Position numbers and translations under genes: made by a program | The notes under the pieces: generated by a model | Database searches by the model: none | Seen by the model: the letters and a program-made list of their open reading frames with translations, nothing else | Told to the model about the DNA's origin: nothing | Shown here: positions 24,232 to 32,000 of the stretch, in pieces | How positions within the stretch are numbered: position 1 is the first letter of the stretch | Layout of the letters: each line of letters opens with the position of its first letter | Source of the DNA: Selenobaculum gibii | Lineage (GTDB): Bacteria > Bacillota > Negativicutes > ICN-92133 | Direction of reading: 5' to 3' | DNA: 32,000 bases | NCBI RefSeq assembly: GCF_030273445.1 | Contig: NZ_CP120678.1 | Location: forward strand, 320,401-352,400

Positions 24232-24975
24232 TTGCTGGAAATCAGAGATTTGACAAAAGACTTTGGTGATATTAGGGCTGTTGATCACTTAGCATTACAT
24301 GCGGACAAAGGAGAAACAGTTGTGATTATGGGGCCGTCTGGCTGTGGGAAGTCTACAACAATCCGAATGATCAATCGTCTAGTTGAACCTGACTTTGGCA
24401 CTGTTTTTTTCGATGGCATAGATATTACGGGGTTGCATAAAAATGAATTATTGGCAATGCGAAAACGAATTGGGTATGTTTTTCAGCATTTTAATTTGAT
24501 TGCTAGGCTTACTGCACTGGAAAATGTGATGCTAGGATTAGTGATGGGGCGGGTTTCTTATGATGAGGCAAAAAAACGTGCTGTTGCAATTTTAGAAAAA
24601 GTGGGGCTGGGAAGATATATGGATTATAAACCGAGCGAACTATCGGGTGGGCAGCAGCAACGCGTCGCAATCGCTAGGGCTTTAGCCTTTGAACCAGAAT
24701 TAATTTTATGGGATGAACCAACTGCTTCGCTTGATCCAATTTTAGTTCGGGAAGTTTTAGTCATCATGGAAGAACTGGCAAAATATAGAGCTAGTACAAT
24801 GCTCGTAGTAACGCATGAGTTGTCTTTTGCATTAAAAGTGGCTGATCGTATTCTTCTCATGAATAAAGGGAAGATTGTAGAGAGTGGAAAACCTATTGAG
24901 ATTTTCACGAATCCACAGTCGACAATAGGAAAAACATACAAAGATCTCATTGATTATCAAATGAATACAATTTAA
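24232..24975 (+). CDS. ABC transporter ATP-binding protein (importer-type NBD, GlnQ/PhnC/ProV-like)
   Basis: TTG start 13 nt after the upstream stop, with RBS AGGGG. Walker A GPSGCGKST; NRLVEP; Q-loop region FQHFNLIARLTALENV; signature LSGGQQQRVAIARA; Walker B LILWDEPTASLD; H-loop VVTHE. Confidence 0.88.
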   Translation: MLEIRDLTKDFGDIRAVDHLALHADKGETVVIMGPSGCGKSTTIRMINRLVEPDFGTVFFDGIDITGLHKNELLAMRKRIGYVFQHFNLIARLTALENVMLGLVMGRVSYDEAKKRAVAILEKVGLGRYMDYKPSELSGGQQQRVAIARALAFEPELILWDEPTASLDPILVREVLVIMEELAKYRASTMLVVTHELSFALKVADRILLMNKGKIVESGKPIEIFTNPQSTIGKTYKDLIDYQMNTI

Positions 24976-25036
24976 AGTTAATGATTGGTTTTATTTAGAA
25001 TATTTACGTATTTTTATTCATTTTTCAAGGTAAAGC

Positions 25037-25065
25037 TTGCAGTAGTCGCTAATATTTTGTAGAAT
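25037..25065 (+). promoter_or_regulatory. Candidate sigma-A promoter for lpxC-fabZ
   Basis: TTGCAG (25037-25042), a 17-nt spacer, then TAGAAT (25060-25065), about 35 nt upstream of ATG 25099. Confidence 0.45.
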
Positions 25066-25098
25066 AAACAAAGGTTATCATGTCAGGAGGATTTTTTT

Positions 25099-25923
25099 AT
25101 GCAGTATCAAACTACGATTGCAAAGAATGCGACATATACAGGTATTGGTTTGCACTCGGGATGTGAAGTGACGGTTACAATAAAACCAGCGCCTGCAAAT
25201 ACGGGAATTGTTTTCGTTCGCGTAGATTTGCCAGGATGTCCACACGTTGCTGCTATTTCTGACAATGTTACTGCTACAATGCGAGCAACAACGTTGGAAA
25301 ATGGCGAGGCAAAAGTTTTTACGGTGGAACATTTGTTGGCGGCATGCAATGCAATGCAGTTGGACAACTGCTATATAGAAATGAATGCACCAGAACCACC
25401 GGTGGCGGATGGAAGTGCGATTGTTTTTGTTAATTTAATTAAAGATGTAGGACTTGTAGAGCAAGAGGCCAAGCGTCAGGTTATTGTAATTGATAAAGTG
25501 TATACAGCACGCGAAAAAGATAAATTTATTACGGTTATTCCTTATGATGGTTTTAGAATTTCATTTACTTCAGTAAATCCACATCCGATGTTGGGTGTAC
25601 AGTATTGTGATATTGAGATCAACGCGGAGACTTTTACTAAGGAAATTGCACCAGCACGTACGATTGCCTTTACAAAGGAAATTGAAGCATTGCAAAAGAT
25701 GGGGTTAGGTTTAGGTGGTTCTATTGAGAATGTCATTGTATATGATGAGGTAAAAGCGTTAAATCCACTTAGATATGAAGATGAGTTGGTTCGCCATAAA
25801 GTCTTAGATGTTGTCGGGGATATGCGTTTAGCTGGAAATATACGTGGGCATATCATTGCAGTGAAGTCAAGTCATGCGCTTAATACATCATTGGCAAGAA
25901 AAATAAAAGGTTTCGTGGAGTAA
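25099..25923 (+). CDS. lpxC: UDP-3-O-acyl-N-acetylglucosamine deacetylase LpxC
   Basis: RBS AGGAGG. YQTTIAKNATYTGIGLHSGCEVTVTIKPAPANTGIVF, TVEHLLAA and HKVLDVVGDM...IAVKSSHALN are hallmark LpxC motifs. Confidence 0.95.
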   Translation: MQYQTTIAKNATYTGIGLHSGCEVTVTIKPAPANTGIVFVRVDLPGCPHVAAISDNVTATMRATTLENGEAKVFTVEHLLAACNAMQLDNCYIEMNAPEPPVADGSAIVFVNLIKDVGLVEQEAKRQVIVIDKVYTAREKDKFITVIPYDGFRISFTSVNPHPMLGVQYCDIEINAETFTKEIAPARTIAFTKEIEALQKMGLGLGGSIENVIVYDEVKALNPLRYEDELVRHKVLDVVGDMRLAGNIRGHIIAVKSSHALNTSLARKIKGFVE

Positions 25924-25937
25924 GGAGAGGATTTTAA

Positions 25938-26378
25938 ATGGTGTTAAATGTAACGGAAATACAAGAAATTTTACCACATCGTTATCCATTTTTATTAGTG
26001 GATAGAATTATTGAATTAGAGCCGATGAAAAGAGCTGTAGGCATTAAAAATGTTACAATGACTGAAGCTCATTTCCAAGGGCATTTTCCGGGGCAGCCGG
26101 TCATGCCGGGAGTACTTATTCTGGAAGCAATGGCGCAAGTTGGTGGAGTGGCAATGCTTTATCCAGAAGAGAATCGCGGAAAAATTGCTTATTTTGGAGC
26201 GATGGAGCGCGTGAAATTTAGAAAACCTGCGATTCCAGGAGATCAATTACGTATGGTGGCTGAATTGATAAAAGTGCGTGGTTCTATTGGAAAGATTTTT
26301 TGCCAAGCTTATGTAGAGGAACAATTGGTAGCAGAAGGAGAATTTACTTTTGCATTAAAAGCGCCAGAAAAGAAATAA
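25938..26378 (+). CDS. fabZ: 3-hydroxyacyl-ACP dehydratase FabZ
   Basis: ILPHRYPFLLVDRI...FQGHFPGQPVMPGVLILEAMAQVGG is the canonical FabZ hot-dog active-site region. 146 aa. Confidence 0.95.
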   Translation: MVLNVTEIQEILPHRYPFLLVDRIIELEPMKRAVGIKNVTMTEAHFQGHFPGQPVMPGVLILEAMAQVGGVAMLYPEENRGKIAYFGAMERVKFRKPAIPGDQLRMVAELIKVRGSIGKIFCQAYVEEQLVAEGEFTFALKAPEKK

Positions 26379-26555
26379 ATTCAAGATATTTGGTGGATTT
26401 TTGGTGAAAACGTTAGCAATAATAGAAATTATTCGCAAAAATGACGAATTAAGCCGGTTTATTGGATGTTTAATTTAGACTGACTAGCTGGACTATATAA
26501 ACGTTAAAGAAAATGATACGTTAGACGTTCACATACTATTTTAAGAAGGAGTGAC

Positions 26556-27380
26556 ATGGTGATGAAAGCAGAAAAGGTTATCGCATTGCATAAGATACAT
26601 GAAGCTGCCGTAGTTCATCCAATGGCGCGTATTGGCAAGGATGTTGAAATTGGACCGTACGCGGTAATTGGAGAAAATGTCGTTATTGACGATGGAACAA
26701 AGATAGGGGCTCATGTTGTAATAGATGGGTGGACAAGCATCGGCAAAAATTGCGTTATTTTCCCAGGTGCGTCAATTGGTGCAGAACCACAAGATTTGAA
26801 ATTTGCTGGTGAAAAATCTTATGTATTTATTGGTGATAATACAAAAATTCGCGAATGTGCAACGGTAAACCGTGCAACTGGTGAAGGTGAAGAAACACGA
26901 ATTGGCAGCAGCTGTCTAATGATGGCTTATACGCATGTTGCGCATAATTGTGTCGTTGGTAACAATGTAATTATGTCAAACGCAGCTACACTTGCTGGAC
27001 ATGTAACCGTAGAAGATCGCGCTGTTATCGGTGGACTGACTGGTGTACATCAGTTTGTAAAAGTTGGACGAAATGCAATGATTGGTGGGGCATCGAAAGT
27101 AGTGCAGGATGTTGTACCTTATACAATCGTTGATGGACATCCGGCAAAGGTTTCAGGATTAAACAGCGTTGGTATGTCAAGGGCGGGTATTCCGATTGCA
27201 TCAAGGCGCAGCATAAAAAAAGCTTATAAATTATTGTATCGTTCGGGATTGAGCTTAGCACAAGCGATTGCTATGATTGAACAGGAAGTGGATTCTTGCT
27301 CGGAAGTGGATCATTTTTTAAGATTCTTGCGTAATGCTGAACGGGGAATTTGCCGCGGACGTAAAGAAGTTGGCGAATAA
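26556..27380 (+). CDS. lpxA: Acyl-ACP--UDP-N-acetylglucosamine O-acyltransferase LpxA
   Basis: RBS AAGGAG; the start is ATG 26556 or ATG 26562. IHEAAVVHPMARIGKDVEIGPYAVIG hexapeptide repeats are followed by the LpxA C-terminal helical domain (GLNSVGMSRAGI...IKKAYKLLYRSGL). Confidence 0.94.
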   Translation: MVMKAEKVIALHKIHEAAVVHPMARIGKDVEIGPYAVIGENVVIDDGTKIGAHVVIDGWTSIGKNCVIFPGASIGAEPQDLKFAGEKSYVFIGDNTKIRECATVNRATGEGEETRIGSSCLMMAYTHVAHNCVVGNNVIMSNAATLAGHVTVEDRAVIGGLTGVHQFVKVGRNAMIGGASKVVQDVVPYTIVDGHPAKVSGLNSVGMSRAGIPIASRRSIKKAYKLLYRSGLSLAQAIAMIEQEVDSCSEVDHFLRFLRNAERGICRGRKEVGE

Positions 27381-27407
27381 AAACTGTTTTATTCGGAGGA
27401 TAAGAAT

Positions 27408-28211
27408 GTGGAGAAAATAGGTTTACTAGCAGGCATTGGCAAGTTGCCAGTAGAAATTGCTTGTGCAGCGCGTAAAATGGGGTTTTCGATAGTCACAGTA
27501 GGGCTAGTAGAGGGTGTAGATGCAAGACTAGCTCAAGTTTCAGATACATTTGCACAAATTCAGGTTGGCGATCTTGAGAGAATCTTTGCTTTTTTAAAAG
27601 AAAACGAAGTTGAAAAAGTTACGATGATTGGCAAAGTAACGAAAGAATTGATGTTTAATGGTAAAGTTATCTTGGATGCACGTATGCAAAAGTTATTGTC
27701 ATCTTTACCTGACAATAGTGATGATACATTAATGTTAGCGTTTGTTCGTGAATTAGCAGCAGAAGGAATGACGGCGTTTGATCAAACAGCGCTTATTCGG
27801 TTTTTAATGCCGGCACCAGGAGTGTTGACAAAACGTGAGCCTACGCAAGCAGAAAAAGATGATATGCAATTTGGATTTAAAATGGCAAAGGCCATTGGCG
27901 GATTAGACATTGGACAAACAGTCGTTGTTAAAGATTTGGCTGTTATGGCAGTGGAGGCAATTGAAGGCACGGATGAATGTATTAAACGTGGTGGGCAATT
28001 AGGACGCGGCAAAGTAACTGTAGCTAAAGTTGCAAAGCCAAAGCAAGACAATCGTTTTGATGTTCCAGCGGTTGGTCTTGATACATTGAAATCTATGTGC
28101 GAGGCGAAAGCTGTAGCACTTGTAATAGAGGCTGGAAAAACACTTGTTGTGGATAGAGAAAAAGTTATTCAATTTGCGGATGAAAATGGAATAACAATTC
28201 TAGCGATGTAA
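27408..28211 (+). CDS. lpxI: UDP-2,3-diacylglucosamine diphosphatase LpxI (DUF1009 family)
   Basis: GTG start 8 nt after GGAGG (27395-27399). KIGLLAGIGKLPVEIA..., GLDIGQTVVVKDLAVMAVEAIEGTDECIKRGG and RFDVPAVGLDT match the LpxI pattern. It occupies the pathway slot between lpxA and lpxB. Confidence 0.85.
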   Translation: MEKIGLLAGIGKLPVEIACAARKMGFSIVTVGLVEGVDARLAQVSDTFAQIQVGDLERIFAFLKENEVEKVTMIGKVTKELMFNGKVILDARMQKLLSSLPDNSDDTLMLAFVRELAAEGMTAFDQTALIRFLMPAPGVLTKREPTQAEKDDMQFGFKMAKAIGGLDIGQTVVVKDLAVMAVEAIEGTDECIKRGGQLGRGKVTVAKVAKPKQDNRFDVPAVGLDTLKSMCEAKAVALVIEAGKTLVVDREKVIQFADENGITILAM

Positions 28212-28225
28212 ATAATGATAATAGG

Positions 28226-28268
28226 GCGCGAAGGATGCTAAAAGCGTAGCGTCCTTTTGCGCTTTTTT
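28226..28268 (+). terminator. Rho-independent terminator between lpxI and lpxB
   Basis: GCGC (28226-28229) pairs with GCGC (28259-28262), and AAGGATGC (28231-28238) pairs with GCGTCCTT (28249-28256). That gives 12 bp with a small internal loop and a 10-nt apical loop, followed by T6 (28263-28268). Confidence 0.65.
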
Positions 28269-28308
28269 GATTATAGTAAAAAGATTGAAACAATGGAGGG
28301 GAAATAAG

Positions 28309-29445
28309 ATGCACAAGGTCATGATATCGGTAGGTGAAGCTTCCGGTGATTTGCATGGTGCTAGTATTGCAGATGCATTAAAAGAATTAGAGCCAGATAT
28401 TCGTATTTTTGGTATGGGTGGGCAGGCCATGCGTAAGGCGGGAGTTGAGATTGTACACGATATTGCTGATCTTGGTATTATTGGATTTGTCGAGGTAGTA
28501 AAAAATTTACCTAGATTTTTTCGTTTGCGTGATGAGCTTATTGATTTAATGAAAAAAGAGCAACCGGATGTATTATTAGTAATTGATTATCCGGATTTTA
28601 ACATGAGATTGGCGCCAAAAGCTCGTGAATTAGGTATCCCTGTAGTTTCTTATATTCCCCCATCTGCTTGGGCTTGGCGAAAAGGACGGGCAAAGTCGGT
28701 AGCGAAGATTGTAGACAAGATTGCTTCCATTTTCCCATTTGAAGCTGAGGTATATCAAAAAGCTGGTGCGGATGTAGAGTTTGTTGGCCATCCTTTAATT
28801 GATATCATAAAACCTTCGATGGATAAAGAAACGGCGTATAAGTTTTTTGGTATCAATCCGAATCAGCCCGTTATTTTATTATTGCCTGGAAGCCGCAAGC
28901 ATGAAATTGAGAATTTGTTGCCGGTGATGCTCAAAAGTGCCGAAAAAATAAAATTAATTTATCCAGAATGTCAATTTATATTGCCTGTAGCATCGACAAT
29001 TTCCCAGGAAATGTTGCAAGGTATGATAAAACAATACAGCGTGAATGTAAAATTGACGTTTGAAAATACATATGATTTAATGGCGATTGCTGATTCGGCA
29101 ATTGCAGCTTCAGGGACGGTTACGCTTGAAGCTGCAATTTTAGGTTTACCAACGGTCGTCATTTACAAAATGGCAGCGATGACGTATTTTATCGGTCGAT
29201 TACTGGTGAAAATACCAAATATCAGTTTGCCGAATATTGTCGCTGGCAAACGTATTATTCCTGAATTATTGCAATATGAAGTCAATGCTGATAATATTGC
29301 AAGAGAGACTTTGGCACTTTTACCTTTAAGTGAACAAGGGGAAAAGGTGCGTAAAGAATTACTAGCAGTAAAAGAGAAACTTGGTGCTGGTGGGGCGGTA
29401 AAACGAGCAGCACAAGTTGTATTGAATGCAGCGAAAAAAAGATAG
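28309..29445 (+). CDS. lpxB: Lipid-A-disaccharide synthase LpxB
   Basis: The start is reassigned to ATG 28309 (GGAGG at 28295-28299). VMISVGEASGDLHGASIADALKEL, VDYPDFNMRLA, LLPGSRKHEI and the overall GT19 layout support the call. Confidence 0.93.
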   Translation: MHKVMISVGEASGDLHGASIADALKELEPDIRIFGMGGQAMRKAGVEIVHDIADLGIIGFVEVVKNLPRFFRLRDELIDLMKKEQPDVLLVIDYPDFNMRLAPKARELGIPVVSYIPPSAWAWRKGRAKSVAKIVDKIASIFPFEAEVYQKAGADVEFVGHPLIDIIKPSMDKETAYKFFGINPNQPVILLLPGSRKHEIENLLPVMLKSAEKIKLIYPECQFILPVASTISQEMLQGMIKQYSVNVKLTFENTYDLMAIADSAIAASGTVTLEAAILGLPTVVIYKMAAMTYFIGRLLVKIPNISLPNIVAGKRIIPELLQYEVNADNIARETLALLPLSEQGEKVRKELLAVKEKLGAGGAVKRAAQVVLNAAKKR

Positions 29446-29454
29446 GAGAATTTT

Positions 29455-31182
29455 ATGAATACTTATAAACGGTTACTGATGTATGCAAAACCATATATTC
29501 CACGCTTTTTATTAGCTGTTGTTTGTATTGTTTTAGCTGCTGCGGCAAATTTATATGTTCCTTGGGTAGTAAAAGATGTTATTGATGAAGTGTTGGCACA
29601 GCGTAATTTAATGATGCTCAATAGCATAGCGATAGGAATCGTAGTTGTATTTTTCTTTCGTGGAATTTTCTTTTATGGGCAGACTTATTTAATGAGTTAC
29701 ATTGCACAAAAAATTATTATTGATATCCGCGAAGTATTATATCGGCATTTACAAAAGTTATCGCTTTCTTATTATGAGAAACGCAAAACTGGTACGATCA
29801 TGAGTTATGTTACAAATGATGTAGCTGCCTTGCAAACTGCCCTTGTTGACAGTATGGTTGAGTTGGTTACGGAAGGGGCTATTTTAATCGGCTCCTTAGG
29901 GACAATGTTTTACTTGCATTGGAAACTTTCTTTGCTGACTCTGATTACTATGCCGGTAATTGCACATGCAATGAAGATTTTTGGGAGACGTCTAAAACAG
30001 ACTAGCTTTGTTATGCAAGAAAGAATTGCTGATATTACCTCTGTTTTACAGGAGGCTATTTCATCGGTTCGTGTAGTAAAATCCTTTGTTCGGGAAGACT
30101 ATGAAATAGAACGGTTTAAAAAAGAAAATTATTCTAATTTCGCGGCACAAATGAAAAATACGCAGATTATGGCAACGTTAACGCCCGTGGTTGAGTTTTT
30201 AGCAGCGATTGGTGTTATGGTTATCATTTGGTATGGTGGACTTGAAGTAATCAATGGTAACTTAACGGCAGGAGCTTTGATGGCATTTTTAATTTATGCG
30301 GTAAACTTAGCAAATCCAATTAAACGTTTAAGTCGTGTGTTTGGGAATATTCAAAAAGCAATGGCAGCGGCTGAACGTGTATTTGAAGTACTTGATACAA
30401 CTCCAGAGATTATAGATAAACCGAATGCTAAACCATTAGCAAAAATTGAAGGCAAGGTTAGTTTTAAAGAGGTGAGCTTTGCCTATAAAGAAGGCGAAAT
30501 GGCTTTGGATAATGTAAGCTTAGAGGCAAAAGCTGGGCAGATGGTTGCGATCGTCGGCCCAAGTGGCGCAGGCAAAACGACGATTGCAAATTTATTACCG
30601 CGTTTTTATGATCCAACGGCTGGGGCGATTTTTGTAGATGATATAGATATTCGAGAGGTAACGATGCATTCGCTACGAGAACAAATTGGGATTGTACCGC
30701 AGGAAACTGTTTTATTTAATGGAACAGTTTATGAAAATATACTCTACGGTGATTTAAATGCGACAGAAGAAGAAGTGATTGCAGCAACTAAAGCGGCAAA
30801 TGCCCATGAGTTTGTTATGGCAATGCCGGAAGGGTATCAAACGCAGATTGGTGAACGTGGGTCTAGTTTGTCAGGCGGTCAAAGACAGAGGCTGGCGATT
30901 GCGCGTGCTATTTTAAAAAATCCTCGTATCTTAGTTCTTGACGAAGCAACATCTGCACTTGATACAGAGAGTGAAAAGCTGGTACAGGCCGCTTTGGATC
31001 AATTGATGGTTGGCCGTACTTCTTTTGTAATTGCGCATAGATTATCAACGATTTTAAAAGCGAATATGATTTTGGTTATGGAGAAAGGTAAGATTGTAGA
31101 ACGTGGTACACACGAGGAGTTGCTTGCTTTAGGCGGATTGTATAGCAGTTTGTATCAGATTCAGTTTAATAAGAGCAGATAA
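29455..31182 (+). CDS. msbA: Lipid A/LPS-core flippase MsbA-type ABC exporter (fused TMD-NBD)
   Basis: 575 aa with a six-TM exporter domain. Walker A GPSGAGKTT, signature LSGGQRQRLAIARA, Walker B ILVLDEATSALD. It sits between lpxB and waaA. Confidence 0.85.
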   Translation: MNTYKRLLMYAKPYIPRFLLAVVCIVLAAAANLYVPWVVKDVIDEVLAQRNLMMLNSIAIGIVVVFFFRGIFFYGQTYLMSYIAQKIIIDIREVLYRHLQKLSLSYYEKRKTGTIMSYVTNDVAALQTALVDSMVELVTEGAILIGSLGTMFYLHWKLSLLTLITMPVIAHAMKIFGRRLKQTSFVMQERIADITSVLQEAISSVRVVKSFVREDYEIERFKKENYSNFAAQMKNTQIMATLTPVVEFLAAIGVMVIIWYGGLEVINGNLTAGALMAFLIYAVNLANPIKRLSRVFGNIQKAMAAAERVFEVLDTTPEIIDKPNAKPLAKIEGKVSFKEVSFAYKEGEMALDNVSLEAKAGQMVAIVGPSGAGKTTIANLLPRFYDPTAGAIFVDDIDIREVTMHSLREQIGIVPQETVLFNGTVYENILYGDLNATEEEVIAATKAANAHEFVMAMPEGYQTQIGERGSSLSGGQRQRLAIARAILKNPRILVLDEATSALDTESEKLVQAALDQLMVGRTSFVIAHRLSTILKANMILVMEKGKIVERGTHEELLALGGLYSSLYQIQFNKSR

Positions 31183-31208
31183 GTCGATGAGAATTGTGAG
31201 GTAAAAAC

Positions 31209-32000
31209 ATGCAAATAATATACAATATAGCTGCTATTCTATTGGTTGTAATTGCATTGCCGATTTTTGCAATTCGGACGATGCGGGAAGATGGTTTTTG
31301 GGAACGGCTTAAGCAGAGCTTTGGTCTTTTGCCACCGCATATTCTTGACCCTGTTGCTAAGAAAAATTGTATATGGGTACACGCAGCATCTGTAGGAGAA
31401 ATCGTAGCAGCGAGCCCATTAATTAAGGAATTCCGCAAAGAGTTTCCGAAAAAACCAATTTTAGTTTCAGTTGTGACGAATAACGGTTATGCGATGGCAA
31501 AGCGGATTGTAAAAGATGCGGACAGCATTATTTATTTTCCATTAGATTTACCATGGCTTAGCAGCGGAGTAGTAAGGAAAGTTATGCCGAGTGTATTTTT
31601 ACCTGTAGAAACAGAACTGTGGCCGAATTTCTTAAAAGCAGCGCGTAAGTATAAGATTCCGGTGATGATGGTGAATGGGCGGATTAGTGACAAGAGTGTA
31701 AGACGATACCATCATTTGCGCGGTGTATTAAAGGATATGATTGGAACAGTAAGCAAGTTTTGCATGCAGTCGGATATTGATGCACAGTATATCGTTCAAC
31801 TAGGCGCACCACCAGAGCTTGTTACGGTAACAGGCAATACAAAATTTGATCAAACCTATACCGATATCACGGAAAATGAAAAAAAGATATTGCGTGAGGA
31901 AATGGGACTTGCCAATTGTGAGATGATTTTGCTTGCTGGTAGTACGCATAATGGCGAAGAAGAAGTTATTTTTAAATCGTTTAGTAGGATTCGTGAACGG
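31209..32000 (+). CDS. waaA: 3-deoxy-D-manno-octulosonic acid (Kdo) transferase WaaA/KdtA, 3' end beyond window
   Basis: Absent from the ORF track because the frame stays open to the window edge. ATG 31209 lies 7 nt after GAGG. It has an N-terminal TM helix. CIWVHAASVGEIVAASPLIKEF and ETELWPNFL...IPVMMVNGRISDKS are typical WaaA motifs. Confidence 0.9.
   Translation, partial: MQIIYNIAAILLVVIALPIFAIRTMREDGFWERLKQSFGLLPPHILDPVAKKNCIWVHAASVGEIVAASPLIKEFRKEFPKKPILVSVVTNNGYAMAKRIVKDADSIIYFPLDLPWLSSGVVRKVMPSVFLPVETELWPNFLKAARKYKIPVMMVNGRISDKSVRRYHHLRGVLKDMIGTVSKFCMQSDIDAQYIVQLGAPPELVTVTGNTKFDQTYTDITENEKKILREEMGLANCEMILLAGSTHNGEEEVIFKSFSRIRER

Noticed and set aside
1257-31438. All 26 minus-strand ORFs in the six-frame track (for example 6074..6496 at 140 aa, 15251..15595, 24624..24950, 25107..25367 and 31166..31438)
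   Set aside because: Each lies entirely antisense to a + strand gene with strong family-level motifs. Their translations are low-complexity or Cys/Ser/Ile-rich with no recognisable domains and no upstream RBS. This pattern is typical of shadow ORFs opposite real genes in AT-rich DNA.
1-32000. Mobile elements, CRISPR arrays, tRNA/rRNA genes, prophage or toxin-antitoxin modules
   Set aside because: I saw no transposase- or integrase-like ORFs, no terminal inverted repeats flanking genes, no regularly spaced direct repeats, and no tRNA-like cloverleaf candidates in the intergenic gaps. The window reads as a conserved core-genome cluster rather than an accessory island.

Overview
All supported genes (27 CDS, two cut by the window edges) lie on the + strand of an AT-rich window with Firmicute-style signals: strong GGAGG ribosome-binding sites and several GTG/TTG starts. 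The content is nonetheless an outer-membrane (OM) and LPS biogenesis supercluster. Gene order is: flgJ-like rod-binding protein (3' end), AMIN-phosphodiester glycosidase, small lipoyl-like membrane protein, non-sporulation-type S55 (SpoIVB-family) peptidase, mlaE-mlaF-long mlaD, tolC, tamB, a group-3 sigma factor, a single-pass membrane protein, bamA, an orphan 436-aa secreted protein, three skp/ompH paralogs, lpxD, an lpxL-like acyltransferase, an atypical ABC pair, lpxC-fabZ, lpxA-lpxI, and lpxB-msbA-waaA (5' part). This matches the OM cluster described for diderm Firmicutes (Negativicutes-like), so that is my taxonomic inference. No rRNA, tRNA, CRISPR or mobile element was seen. The components I cannot place in known families are the best candidates for undescribed biology. 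(1) An ABC pair sits inside the lipid A genes; its membrane subunit has a MacB/FtsX-like topology with a ~590-aa periplasmic domain but ends in an importer-type EAA coupling loop. (2) A FliA-like sigma factor and an RseA-like-topology membrane protein sit directly upstream of bamA. (3) An orphan secreted protein lies between bamA and skp. (4) Three Skp paralogs are each targeted differently. Several structured or palindromic intergenic elements are also noted. All calls come from by-eye motif recognition and hand-checked base pairing; no database search or computation was possible.
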